NCBI GenBank assembly: GCA_965658885.1
Contig: CBFHUY010000001.1
Coordinates: 1-56,021, forward strand
Reading direction: 5' to 3'
Origin: Hydrogenovibrio sp.
GTDB lineage: Bacteria > Pseudomonadota > Gammaproteobacteria > Thiomicrospirales > Thiomicrospiraceae
Length of the DNA stretch: 56,021 bases
Below the pieces are notes generated by a model. The model saw nothing but the letters and a program-made list of their open reading frames with translations, did no database searches and was not told the origin of the DNA. Of the stretch, positions 1-9,641 are shown in pieces; position 1 is the first letter of the stretch, and every line of letters starts with the position of its first letter. The position numbers and the translations under genes were made by a program.

Positions 1-2
1 AG

Positions 3-964
3 CGTCAATTTGTATTGGTTGCGGCTTTTATTATTGTGCTGGTTTTGCTACTGGTGGCGATGATTCACATTAAACGTCAGACAGAATTTGAACGACGCTT
101 TTTCTTTGAAGTATTTGATACGGCGACGGAAGTGGTATTTGTGATGAAGTCGCAACGAATGTTGCTTGCAAATAAACGGTTTTTTGAATTTTTTAATCAA
201 TTTAATACGGTTGAGGACTTTCATAAGCAGCATGATTGTTTTTTGTATCTGAATCGGGTTATTTATCTAAGTTTGTCAACGGAGAATTGTGGTTAGACTA
301 TTTGGTGACACATAAAGACCAAATGCACTACGCAAAAGTAAAGCAGCAGGATCGCATCTTTATCTTTTTGGTTAAGGCCACTGAGATTACCAATGTCCAA
401 GGTGAGCGTTATATCAGTGTGTTAATGTCGGATGTCACTGAAGAATATCGTTATAAAAACAAATTAGAGCAGTTAATTATTCAAGATGAACTAACGGGTA
501 TTTACAACCGTCACTATTTTAATCAAGTTTTAAACCAGGAAATTAAGCGCCATCAACGTTATCAGACGCCACTCTCGATGGCGTTTATTGATATTGACCA
601 CTTCAAAAATATAAATGACCATTACGGTCATGATGTCGGTGATGACGTCTTAAAAGCCATGACAAACACCATTCGTCATGTGTTACGCGATACCGATGTA
701 TTTTGTCGAGTGGGTGGTGAAGAGTTCGTGGTGATGATGCCGCAAACCACGCTGCAAAATGCAATGGTCATTGCCGAGCGAATGCGTCAATCCGTTGAAA
801 TGATGCATTTTGATCAGTTGCAGGAGACCGTAACCATCAGTATCGGTGTGGTTGAGCTCTTTGCAACGGAATCCAGTACCGCCTTTTACAAGCGTGCCGA
901 TAACGCGCTTTATCAAGCCAAAGAATCAGGTCGAAACCGAGTTGAATCTCAATCCGAAGCCTAG
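3..964 (+). pseudogene. Membrane/PAS-like sensor diguanylate cyclase (GGDEF), 5'-truncated by the window edge and split by an apparent frameshift near 239-244
   Basis: Frame of ORF 15..296 is open from base 3 (TM segment, then PAS-like sequence) and continues logically into ORF 236..964 (QDELTGIYNR, DIDHFKNIND, RxxD I-site, GGEEF). The frames switch at a T6 run. Confidence 0.7.
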
Positions 965-1005
965 AAACTTGACGGCTAACCGTGCCGATTCACCCGTTAA
1001 AATGC

Positions 1006-1015
1006 CCAGGCCTGG
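1006..1015. repeat. CCAGGCCTGG palindrome core, rlmI promoter region
   Basis: taaaatgc-CCAGGCCTGG-ctaatttt. Confidence 0.85.
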
Positions 1016-1074
1016 CTAATTTTGGTATGATGTTGCACTCTCAAAACAGCAATACAGCAAATAAGGAACCAGGC

Positions 1075-2268
1075 ATGACCGCCAGTATTCGATTAAAAAA
1101 AAATGAAGATAAACGCCTAAAGCAGGGTCATTTGTGGATTTTCAGTAATGAAATCGATACTCAGGCGACGCCACTTAAAGACAGACAGCCGGGAGAGGTG
1201 GTCACGGTTGAGGCGGACAGCGGTAAGCCGTTAGGTGTGGCTTATATCAATCCAAAAACGCTCATCTGTGGTCGGTTATTGTCTCGCAATCCAAAGGTTC
1301 AATTTAATCAAGCCTTCCTTAAAAAACGAATCCAAGCGGCTCAAACGCTGAGAGAAATGAACTTTTCAACCCCTTATTACCGATTGGTGTTTGGTGAATC
1401 CGATGGATTGCCTGGTTTGGTGATTGATCGTTTCGGTGAGGTATTTGTCGCACAAATTACCACGGCCGGTATGGAAAACCTAAAGGCCGAATTGATTCAG
1501 ACGATCGAGAATTTATATCATCCTAAAGCCTTAATGTTACGAAATGATAGCAAAAGCCGTGAACTGGAAGGGTTACCTCTTTATACTGAAGTGGCGATTG
1601 GTCCCATGCCTGAGCAAATTCTAATTGAAGAAAATGGCGCCCAGTTTGCCATTCCTGCCGAGTTAGGCCAGAAAACAGGTTGGTTTTATGATCACCGAAT
1701 GGCACGTCGTCGCTTGCAAGATTTTGTGAAAGATAAAACGGTATTGGATGTCTTCAGTTATTTAGGTGGATGGGGCATTGAAGCAGCCGTGGCCGGTGCA
1801 AAAGAAGTCACCTGTGTGGACGCGTCTGGTTTTGCATTAGATGGGGTGGATGCCAATGCGGTGTTAAATGGTGTGGCTGACAAAGTGATTACCATTGAAG
1901 GCAATGCCTTTGATGTGTTAAAAGCATTGGCAGCTGAATGTCATAAATATGATGTGGTTATTGTCGATCCGCCAGCTTTTGTCAAACGTAAAAAAGATTT
2001 AAAAGCGGGATCGGATGGATATCGTCGTATCAATGAATTGGCGATGCGTCTCCTTAATCCAGATGGCATTTTGGTTTCCGCGTCGTGTTCGCATCACATG
2101 AGTCGAGATGGGCTGTTAAAACAAGTGCAACTGGCAGCGCGTCATATCGATCGTTCGATACAATTATTTGATCAGGCACATCAATCCCCTGACCACCCGA
2201 TTCATCCTGCTATTCCAGAAACAGAATATATCAAGACCTTCTTTTTTAGGGTCGCTAAGTCTTTGTAA
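1075..2268 (+). CDS. rlmI: 23S rRNA m5C1962 methyltransferase, RlmI family
   Basis: PUA-like N-terminus (GHLWIFSNEI), GESDGLPGLVIDRF, GQKTGWFYDHR, DPPAF. Start moved to ATG 1075, behind AAGGA. Confidence 0.9.
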   Translation: MTASIRLKKNEDKRLKQGHLWIFSNEIDTQATPLKDRQPGEVVTVEADSGKPLGVAYINPKTLICGRLLSRNPKVQFNQAFLKKRIQAAQTLREMNFSTPYYRLVFGESDGLPGLVIDRFGEVFVAQITTAGMENLKAELIQTIENLYHPKALMLRNDSKSRELEGLPLYTEVAIGPMPEQILIEENGAQFAIPAELGQKTGWFYDHRMARRRLQDFVKDKTVLDVFSYLGGWGIEAAVAGAKEVTCVDASGFALDGVDANAVLNGVADKVITIEGNAFDVLKALAAECHKYDVVIVDPPAFVKRKKDLKAGSDGYRRINELAMRLLNPDGILVSASCSHHMSRDGLLKQVQLAARHIDRSIQLFDQAHQSPDHPIHPAIPETEYIKTFFFRVAKSL

Positions 2269-3426
2269 ATGAAACCTACATTATCGGCACCACAAAAACA
2301 ATTAGCTAAACACTGTTATTGGGATCTGGAAGCGCAGACTTTGTGGATTGATTGCCGACAGTGGATGCCGCAGTATGGTGTCGTTGCCATTCCGAGTTGG
2401 GATGCGATGATGCTGTCGGCAGAACCGATCCCTAATTATCCTAAAGTATTACAAGTCTTCAATTGGTCCAATCAGCCGCAATTGGCTTTTTGGCGTAAGC
2501 AAATACCCGCCTGGGTGCGTGAAAGTTGCGGGCTATTTCCTTCCCATCAGTTACGACTCTTACACTTTGTCGGGCGCTATCCACAATTGTTGGAATTGCT
2601 AGACCATTCGCCATTGTTGGCTTGGCGATTGGTGAGCTCATCGTTATCGGAAGACGAGATAGTTCAGTTATTACAGGATAAACGAACCGACTTAGTGGCA
2701 AAGCTGGGATGGCCTGGAAGTCAACAAGCGGTCGGTTTTTTACGCAAACTCCGGTTGCGATTTGTCAATAGCGACATTGTCGAATCGGTTGAGACCTGTT
2801 TATTGGATGATGGGCGTTTGCAAGGATTGCAAAGCTTGCCAAGAGTCAATTCGATGGCCTTGTCATTGGCCGCGCGCTTTCCGGCGTTAATCGGCTCTCG
2901 GTTGCATCAGAACTTGGCAAAATTACCTTGCCGTCCGCTTCAGTGTCAAAAAATGATTGCACTATTGGAAGATGTCTATCGTGCTGCTGACCTTTTACAG
3001 CCGTCTGAACAGGATTTAACGCAAATCGCCTCGGCACGCTACTTGGTTGAAGTTGAACAGATATACCAGGCCTGGTGGTTTCAAGCCGCGCAGCAGGCCA
3101 GTTTGACAATGGATTTGGCATTGACCAAACAGCCAGTGCGTTTAACGCTGAAACAACAGTGGCAAGCCTTGAGTGTATTGCAACACCATTACTGGTTAAC
3201 CGATTGGCAAGCGTTTGAAACTGGTAAGGTGTCTTTATGGGCAAGATTAGCTGAGCAGGGCGTTGAGGCCGTTTTATTGCCTCACGCCGAGATGGATCCC
3301 TCAGAAAACCCTGCAAAATGGACAATTATTCGAGGTCGTCAAGCAGATAATCAATTGCTCAATTCAGCGCAATTAAGTTATTGGCATTGTTGGTTGGCAG
3401 GTGGCGAGTCAACGGACTCGGATTAG
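2269..3426 (+). CDS. Hypothetical protein, 385 aa, Trp/Leu/Gln-rich
   Basis: Long ORF directly abutting the rlmI stop (TAAATG). No motif recognised with confidence. Confidence 0.75.
   Translation: MKPTLSAPQKQLAKHCYWDLEAQTLWIDCRQWMPQYGVVAIPSWDAMMLSAEPIPNYPKVLQVFNWSNQPQLAFWRKQIPAWVRESCGLFPSHQLRLLHFVGRYPQLLELLDHSPLLAWRLVSSSLSEDEIVQLLQDKRTDLVAKLGWPGSQQAVGFLRKLRLRFVNSDIVESVETCLLDDGRLQGLQSLPRVNSMALSLAARFPALIGSRLHQNLAKLPCRPLQCQKMIALLEDVYRAADLLQPSEQDLTQIASARYLVEVEQIYQAWWFQAAQQASLTMDLALTKQPVRLTLKQQWQALSVLQHHYWLTDWQAFETGKVSLWARLAEQGVEAVLLPHAEMDPSENPAKWTIIRGRQADNQLLNSAQLSYWHCWLAGGESTDSD
3066..3075. repeat. CCAGGCCTGG palindrome core, coding (YQAWWF)
   Basis: atata-CCAGGCCTGG-tggttt. Confidence 0.8.
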
Positions 3427-4685
3427 GGTAACAGTTTTTCTGACCCCATTAAGTCATCTAGGGTTTCTCTCGGCCGAATTTCATAGGCCTGATCCCCATC
3501 TACCAATACTTCTGCAGCACGTGGACGACTGTTGTAGTTGGAGCTCATAGTGAAGCCATAAGCGCCAGATGACATGACCGCTAATAGGTCGCCTGCTTTG
3601 AGATTCAATAAACGGTCTTTGCCGAGGAAATCTCCGGTTTCACAGACAGGGCCGACCAAATCCCAATTGGCCAGTTGACCATCTTCTCTTGGGGTGACTG
3701 GCAGAATGGATTGATGTGACTGGTAGAGTGCCGGACGAATCAGATCGTTCATTGCCGCATCAATAATGGCAAATTGTTTATGAGCCGTCGGTTTTAAATA
3801 TTCCACTTCCGTGATTAAGGCACCCGCATTGCCAGCAATAGCACGACCCGGTTCAATAATGATTTCGATGGTTGGGTCATTGAGTTGTGTTAGCAATGAC
3901 TGAATATAATTTTGAATTTCAGGTGGGGTTTCTTCGGTGTATTGGATTCCCAATCCGCCGCCTAAATCCAAGTGGTGAATATCGATGCCTTGATCCGCTA
4001 ATTGTTGTTTCAGTTTTAGCACTCGTTGCAACGCATCGACAAACGGTGCGAGTTCTGTTAATTGAGAGCCGATATGGCAATCAATGCCGAGTATTTGAAT
4101 ATGGGAGCAGGCTTGGGCATCGGCATAAAGCTGAGGTGCTGTCTCAATATCAACCCCAAACTTATTATCCTTTAATCCTGTAGAAATATAGGGGTGGGTA
4201 TTGGCATCGACATCCGGGTTGACACGAATTGAGATGGGGGCAATCCTGTCGCAACGTTTGGCAACGGCTTGAATGCGATCTAATTCAGCATGGGATTCAA
4301 TATTAAAACAGCGAATACCCGCTTCAAGCGCTTGTTGGATTTCGGTTGATTTTTTGGCGACACCAGAAAAAACCACTTTGCGAGGGTCTCCGCCAGCGCG
4401 TACCACTCTTTCCAACTCACCACCGGAAACGATATCAAACCCAGAACCTAAGCGCGCGAGTAGGTTTAAGATGGCAAGGTTAGAGTTGGTTTTAACCGCA
4501 TAACAGACCAAATGTGGTTGCTCACCAAAGGCTTGATCAAAAGCTTGCCACCGTTGTTCAAATTCGGCACGAGAGTAAACATAAAGCGGCGTGCCATATT
4601 GATTGGCCAGTTCGGCCAAAGCCACATTTTCTACATAAAGGGTTTGATGCTGTGGATGGTAATGGAAGCTTCCAAAGGCTGTCAT
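3423..4685 (-). CDS. lysA: Diaminopimelate decarboxylase
   Basis: YAVKTNSN PLP lysine, HIGSQ, EPGR, GPVCETGD, GAYG..MSSNYNSR. Confidence 0.97.
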   Translation of the reverse strand: MTAFGSFHYHPQHQTLYVENVALAELANQYGTPLYVYSRAEFEQRWQAFDQAFGEQPHLVCYAVKTNSNLAILNLLARLGSGFDIVSGGELERVVRAGGDPRKVVFSGVAKKSTEIQQALEAGIRCFNIESHAELDRIQAVAKRCDRIAPISIRVNPDVDANTHPYISTGLKDNKFGVDIETAPQLYADAQACSHIQILGIDCHIGSQLTELAPFVDALQRVLKLKQQLADQGIDIHHLDLGGGLGIQYTEETPPEIQNYIQSLLTQLNDPTIEIIIEPGRAIAGNAGALITEVEYLKPTAHKQFAIIDAAMNDLIRPALYQSHQSILPVTPREDGQLANWDLVGPVCETGDFLGKDRLLNLKAGDLLAVMSSGAYGFTMSSNYNSRPRAAEVLVDGDQAYEIRPRETLDDLMGSEKLLP

Positions 4686-4864
4686 GGGGTATCCTGTGTC
4701 GTCGATGAATGGGTGTCATTTGCGGGTGCTGTTGGCTTAGGGTCATCGGGTAAATAAAGCGGCCCTTTTTTGCCACAGCCACTGACCGCAAAAAGTAAAC
4801 ACACTGCGAGTATGGCGAATGATTGGCGAAATAAGCGGGCTTTGCCGATGTGATAAATAGGCAT
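4682..4864 (-). CDS. lptM: LPS translocon maturation lipoprotein LptM (LppL/YifL family)
   Basis: Lipobox VSG-C followed by GKKGPLYLP, immediately upstream of lysA. Start probably ATG 4864. Confidence 0.88.
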   Translation of the reverse strand: MPIYHIGKARLFRQSFAILAVCLLFAVSGCGKKGPLYLPDDPKPTAPANDTHSSTTQDTP

Positions 4865-5024
4865 GATGACTCTCTTTTTTAACAAGGCGTTATTTTATCG
4901 CAACTGGCGTGATTTTTTGTAAACAATTGATTGCCTTTCACAGGCCGCTTTTGGTTAAAATGGTGCAAAAGGGTAATGTCAATGAGATGGCATTGACAAA
5001 AAGGGCAAGAAATGAGGTTGGTAA

Positions 5025-5693
5025 ATGCAGCAAGCGATTGAACCTTTAGTAATGGAACCGGATGTCAAAGCCACTTCCGCTGTGATCTGGTTACATGGCT
5101 TAGGGGCGGATGGTCGGGATTTTGAAGCGATCGTTCCGCAATTGGCTTTGCCAGCTGAGCACGGTATTCGTTTTATTTTTCCGCATGCCCCTGTTCAAGC
5201 GGTGACCGTGAATGGTGGGATGGAAATGCGCGCTTGGTATGATATTCGCCAAATGGATTTGACCGAGCAAGTTGATTGGCAGGGCATTGATCAAAGTGTC
5301 GCCTTATTGGAACAGTGGATTGCACAACAGGTATCAGATGGGATTGCAACCGAACGTATCCTGGTGGCAGGATTTTCGCAAGGTGGGGTGATTGCGTTAC
5401 AAACGGGGTTACAAATGCCACAGCCATTAGCAGGGATCATTGCCTTGTCGACTTATTTCCCCGAGCGATCGACCGTTTCGTATCGACAACCGGTGTCCTG
5501 TCCCATTTTTATGGCTCATGGTCTAATGGATCCGATTTGTCCATATCCGGTTGCTAAAGCGGCACTGGCTCAATTACGGGCGCAAGGTTTTTCGCCCAGT
5601 TGGCATGAGTATCCAATGCAACATCAAGTTTGCATGGAAGAAATCAATGCCTTGTCACAATTTATTCAGCAAAAATTGATTAACAACCATTAA
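5025..5693 (+). CDS. Carboxylesterase / phospholipase (alpha/beta hydrolase)
   Basis: WLHGLGADG, FPHAP, MRAWYDI, GFSQGG nucleophile motif, HG..D, H-x-V. Confidence 0.92.
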   Translation: MQQAIEPLVMEPDVKATSAVIWLHGLGADGRDFEAIVPQLALPAEHGIRFIFPHAPVQAVTVNGGMEMRAWYDIRQMDLTEQVDWQGIDQSVALLEQWIAQQVSDGIATERILVAGFSQGGVIALQTGLQMPQPLAGIIALSTYFPERSTVSYRQPVSCPIFMAHGLMDPICPYPVAKAALAQLRAQGFSPSWHEYPMQHQVCMEEINALSQFIQQKLINNH

Positions 5694-5719
5694 AAATAAC
5701 CAGGCCTGGTCATTTTTAA
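5690..5719. repeat. Extended palindrome after the esterase stop
   Basis: ttaaaaataa-CCAGGCCTGG-tcatttttaa. Confidence 0.9.
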
Positions 5720-5728
5720 TCGAAAAGG

Positions 5729-6751
5729 ATGTTTATGGGGAATGTAAGACGCTATTTTCGGTATGATGTTGAAATTCCGTTGTTTTTTGAAACGGCGGAT
5801 GAACAGGAAAGCTATCAGCAGCAAACCTATGAACATTTAATGACCGCCAAAGAAGCCGCCTATTTACAAAAATTAAACCGAGATATTCAGGTTTTATTTG
5901 GTGAAGCTTTTTCCGGCGCTTCTGAAACGTTACAAATTTTTCAAATGCTGAACCATCGGGTTGATTTTATGGCTTGGTTATTAAATTTGTTAATTCGGGC
6001 TGAAGATCCTCGAAAACAGCCAGAGTATCAATTTAGAGTTCGCTCGGATAAGAACACCCAGTTACCCAAGACTCGCAAGAAAACCAAAATCATGCCCCTG
6101 ATTGAGGGCATTTATGTGCAGTTGGATGACCATCTTCATGAATTGATTGAGGTGGTGCAAAACAGTATTGATGGCAAGCTATTTTTGTATCCGCGCAAAA
6201 TGCGACCGCTCTTTCAGGCAAATGACTATGTCAAAAATCTTCAAGAATTGGCTGATAATGGATTTGCACCGGCTCAGGTTTTGAATCTTTTAATTGAGAA
6301 ATTGAATGCTTATGAACAATTATTGATTGAGTTGAAACGAGCCTACTTGGCAAAAACCAATAATGAAAACTGGCAGGTGCAGAAGGTGAATCTGTCAGCT
6401 GGCGGTTTTAGTTTTAACACGCCAAATAAGTTTGCATTTTTTGCCAAGATGAATGTCTTTATGAAATTGGGCGAGGATATTCTAGTGTGCCGAGGTCGGG
6501 TGGTGTTGAATAAGTTTCTGCCATCTCTCTCGGTTTATAAGGTAGGCGTTGAGTTTGAATCCATTACAAAGCAGCATGCCCGTTTGATTACCCTTTATGT
6601 GCAACACCAAGAATTACGTGAAGCCATGGACGAAGCACCGACGATTGCGCTTCCAAGTGATCAGGCTTTGCTCGATACCACTGAAATTCGTCAAGATAAG
6701 AATGATGATGAAGATAATGATAATGAGATTTTTGAATTAGAAGAAATCTAA
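5729..6751 (+). CDS. PilZ-domain protein with a large internal helical insert and an acidic tail
   Basis: RRYFR (RxxxR) at the N-terminus, NLSAGG (NxSxxG) ~210 aa later, C-terminal GRVV...VGVEF. Confidence 0.8.
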   Translation: MFMGNVRRYFRYDVEIPLFFETADEQESYQQQTYEHLMTAKEAAYLQKLNRDIQVLFGEAFSGASETLQIFQMLNHRVDFMAWLLNLLIRAEDPRKQPEYQFRVRSDKNTQLPKTRKKTKIMPLIEGIYVQLDDHLHELIEVVQNSIDGKLFLYPRKMRPLFQANDYVKNLQELADNGFAPAQVLNLLIEKLNAYEQLLIELKRAYLAKTNNENWQVQKVNLSAGGFSFNTPNKFAFFAKMNVFMKLGEDILVCRGRVVLNKFLPSLSVYKVGVEFESITKQHARLITLYVQHQELREAMDEAPTIALPSDQALLDTTEIRQDKNDDEDNDNEIFELEEI

Positions 6752-6785
6752 TATTCAGTGAGGTACCTTTGACTTCTCAAAGGCT

Positions 6786-7220
6786 TCAAGATTTTGTTTT
6801 CATTCCCTTGGCTCTCGCCATTTTAAGAATATCTTCTCGAACCGTCTGAATATTTTTAAGCCAAGAGGCAAAGTAAGGGTAGTGGCGCTCGACTTGTTTG
6901 TAGAGTCCAGATAAAGTGGGTTTCGGTTCGTGAAGGGCAAAGGCCGTAATTTCGATGAGACGATTGATATGCTTGGGGCTCATTTGGGGCGTCACTTCAA
7001 AGTAGCTGACTTTGGTTAGAATGACCGCATCCAATACCTTCTGCCATTCAGTGGGGGAGAGGGAGAATTGTTTTGATAGGTAGTCATCAACACCATTAAA
7101 GTGCATTTCAAGGAGCTGTTTTAACCGGTAGTAATGCAGCAAATCTGCGGCAGGTGCACGCAATGAAACGGGAAGTTCATCTAAAAAGCCTGCTTCTATG
7201 GTATGGTTTCTTCCTGGCAT
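6786..7220 (-). CDS. Hypothetical protein, 144 aa, probably co-transcribed with the upstream PilZ gene
   Basis: ORF begins 7 nt after the stop of 7228..8172. Confidence 0.7.
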   Translation of the reverse strand: MPGRNHTIEAGFLDELPVSLRAPAADLLHYYRLKQLLEMHFNGVDDYLSKQFSLSPTEWQKVLDAVILTKVSYFEVTPQMSPKHINRLIEITAFALHEPKPTLSGLYKQVERHYPYFASWLKNIQTVREDILKMARAKGMKTKS

Positions 7221-7227
7221 AGTTTTA

Positions 7228-8172
7228 TTATGAGAGCTTAATGCTCATACATTCCTCAATTTCAAAACGTTGAATTTCATTTTGCAATTGGTTTTGATTT
7301 TTGCCATCCGGAAAATCAAAATTAATTGCCACTCTTTCATGATTGTCTTTGTCCATCCGCCGAATGTCAACAATGGTGCCATTAAAAAAGAGCACTTCTT
7401 TATTCAATGGCAGTTGAATCAATACATCCACCTTTTCAAACATTTTAAATTGCTTATTAAAATAGAGCGCAACGCCTGAGGCACTGATATTGGTATTATG
7501 GATTGTCCAATCTTCTGGGAATTGTCTTAAGACGTTATCGTTATTAATATGTCGGTAAATTTCAGTATAGCTATTGAGCAGTCGGTTTAAGTTTAAAATG
7601 GCTTGAACCAAAGGTACCTTTTCAACATCTTCGCTTTGAAAAATGGTTTCAATACGATCACTTTTGAATTTTTTGGGCAGGTTGCGATCCCCGTAAAATT
7701 TGTCTGGTGTCGAGTTCATCACCGCTTCACCGATTGCATGCATAAAGACCATATACTTTTCTTCAATCATTTTGAAGTAGTTGTAGGTTTTGGGGGCTGA
7801 ATCATGAATGGTTTCAATGGTGGAAAACCCCCGTAAATGGTGGTTTAAGGTTTCTTTAAAGTTCGGATCTTTCCGAGGGTTCAATCCGCGGGTCATGGTT
7901 CTAATGCAGTGTCCAAGAAATTCTATGTCATTGATGCATTCGTGGAATAACGCAGATGTGACTTGTTTGTGCTCTTGAATTCGCTCCATCCAATAGAAGG
8001 TTTTATCGGAGAAGGTTTCAATTTCCTTTTCAATATAACTTGGAAAATAGTTGATGCCGGAGGCATAGATTTCATAGTCCTGTATTGGCGCAGACGGAAT
8101 GATAAAAATCTTTATCGGCATGTCAATGCGGAAAAATCGTCTGGAATTGCCTTTGTGAAACCATCTATTCAT
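7228..8172 (-). CDS. PilZ-domain protein (split PilZ), paralog 2
   Basis: RRFFR, NISASG, GTIVDIR, ERVAINFDF. Confidence 0.82.
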   Translation of the reverse strand: MNRWFHKGNSRRFFRIDMPIKIFIIPSAPIQDYEIYASGINYFPSYIEKEIETFSDKTFYWMERIQEHKQVTSALFHECINDIEFLGHCIRTMTRGLNPRKDPNFKETLNHHLRGFSTIETIHDSAPKTYNYFKMIEEKYMVFMHAIGEAVMNSTPDKFYGDRNLPKKFKSDRIETIFQSEDVEKVPLVQAILNLNRLLNSYTEIYRHINNDNVLRQFPEDWTIHNTNISASGVALYFNKQFKMFEKVDVLIQLPLNKEVLFFNGTIVDIRRMDKDNHERVAINFDFPDGKNQNQLQNEIQRFEIEECMSIKLS

Positions 8173-8216
8173 GAATATCTATGTCCAATTGGTCCGTGGT
8201 CAAAAGCAAGTGTCCA

Positions 8217-8233
8217 CGCAAATATAATGCCAA
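8217..8233 (-). promoter_or_regulatory. Sigma54 (-24/-12) promoter for the PilZ gene 7228..8172
   Basis: Minus strand TTGGCATTATATTTGCG has exact GG-N10-GC spacing and lies ~45 nt upstream of the ATG. Confidence 0.65.
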
Positions 8234-8285
8234 AAAAACAAGTATAGTGATTTTGATAGACGATTGGCATTGTGCGTTTGGCCAT

Positions 8286-9251
8286 TTACGGTGTGTTAGA
8301 TGATTCATGGTTCAGGTCGATACTCATGCTTTCTTCAATTTCATAACGTTGGATTTCATTTTGCAATAAGCTTTGGTTTTTTGAATCTGGAAATTCAAAA
8401 TTGATGGCCACCCGTTCTTTATGCTGGCTTTCCAAGGTTCGGATATCAACCACCGTGCCGCTAAAATAACTCACGACATTTCTGATCGGAATTAATATAA
8501 AAACATCCACTTTTTCAAATGGTTTAAAGCGCTTTGACATAATGAGTGCCAAGCCAGAAGCACTGATATTGACAGTTTGTTGCTTCCAGTCTTCGGGAAA
8601 GTCGCGCAAAATATTATCATCATTAATCTGGCGGTAGGCTTCGATATAGGTTTCCAGATAACTGGCTAAGGATAAAATCGCTTGAATGAGCGGGATTTTT
8701 TGAAACTTTGCGGCTTTAAACTGTTCCAGAATCTCATCAATTTTGAAGCCATAGGATAAGCCGCGTTTTGATGCAAAAAGCGTGGGGCTTGATTTGTCGA
8801 TAGATTCAATAAGCGCATTGAGAAAATACAGATACTTTTCTTCAATCAGCTTGAAATATCGATAGGTTTTGGGGGCGGTTTCTCGGAGCGGTTCGATGGT
8901 GGTAAACCCTTGTTGATGCTGCTTAATGGTAATCCAATAATTTGGATCCAACTTTGGGTTAATCCCTTTGGACACCGCTTCAGCACAGCGGCCAAAAAAT
9001 TCAATGGTATTGATGGTTTCTTCAAAAAGGGTGGTCATAATGACTTTTTGGTCTTGGATACGGTCTATCCAATAGAAGGTGTCATTTTTTTGCAGTTCCA
9101 TTAATTGTTTGATGGTCGGGGGGAAATAGTCGATACCCGTCGCAAAAATGTCTCTATCTCGAATCGGAGAGGCTGGCGACACGAAGACTTTAAGTGGCAT
9201 ATCCATTCGAAAGAACCGTCTGGAATTGCCTTTATGGAACCATCTATTCAT
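8286..9251 (-). CDS. PilZ-domain protein (split PilZ), paralog 1
   Basis: Identical N-terminus MNRWFHKGNSRRFFR to its neighbour, plus NISASG and ERVAINFEF. Confidence 0.82.
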   Translation of the reverse strand: MNRWFHKGNSRRFFRMDMPLKVFVSPASPIRDRDIFATGIDYFPPTIKQLMELQKNDTFYWIDRIQDQKVIMTTLFEETINTIEFFGRCAEAVSKGINPKLDPNYWITIKQHQQGFTTIEPLRETAPKTYRYFKLIEEKYLYFLNALIESIDKSSPTLFASKRGLSYGFKIDEILEQFKAAKFQKIPLIQAILSLASYLETYIEAYRQINDDNILRDFPEDWKQQTVNISASGLALIMSKRFKPFEKVDVFILIPIRNVVSYFSGTVVDIRTLESQHKERVAINFEFPDSKNQSLLQNEIQRYEIEESMSIDLNHESSNTP

Positions 9252-9359
9252 TTATGACTCTGTGCTGGGTAATCTGGATTATGGATGTTTCGATTTTGTT
9301 TGCAAAACAGGCTAACACTTGCATTGTAATGGGGCACCTGTCTGGCTAATGCCCTCATT

Positions 9360-9641
9360 TTAGTTGATTTGTATGCGAATAGGTAGAGGCTTTAATGGTT
9401 TTTCACACCAAAGAATGAGCTTGGGGTCAGGCAGTTGGCAATGGTCGCCGCAAGTGCCAGACTGGCATTGGCCTGTCATTGCATCTGCTTGGGATTGGGT
9501 CTCAATCACGTGGCCTTGTTGAATTAAGGGTGCCAAAAGGCCATCCAATGCTTCGGCATCTAAGTCAAAATGGTTTTGAAGTGCCTGACGACTGACTGCT
9601 TGGTGTTGGCGGATATAGTCTTTGATGGCTAATAGGATCAC
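9360..9641 (-). CDS. feoC: FeoC-like winged-helix protein
   Basis: Follows feoB. wHTH-like N-terminus and Cys cluster CQSGTCGDHC. Confidence 0.8.
   Translation of the reverse strand: MILLAIKDYIRQHQAVSRQALQNHFDLDAEALDGLLAPLIQQGHVIETQSQADAMTGQCQSGTCGDHCQLPDPKLILWCEKPLKPLPIRIQIN

Noticed and set aside
982-1074. N-terminal extension of RlmI from GTG 982
   Set aside because: It covers the promoter and palindrome. An SD precedes ATG 1075, where family similarity starts.
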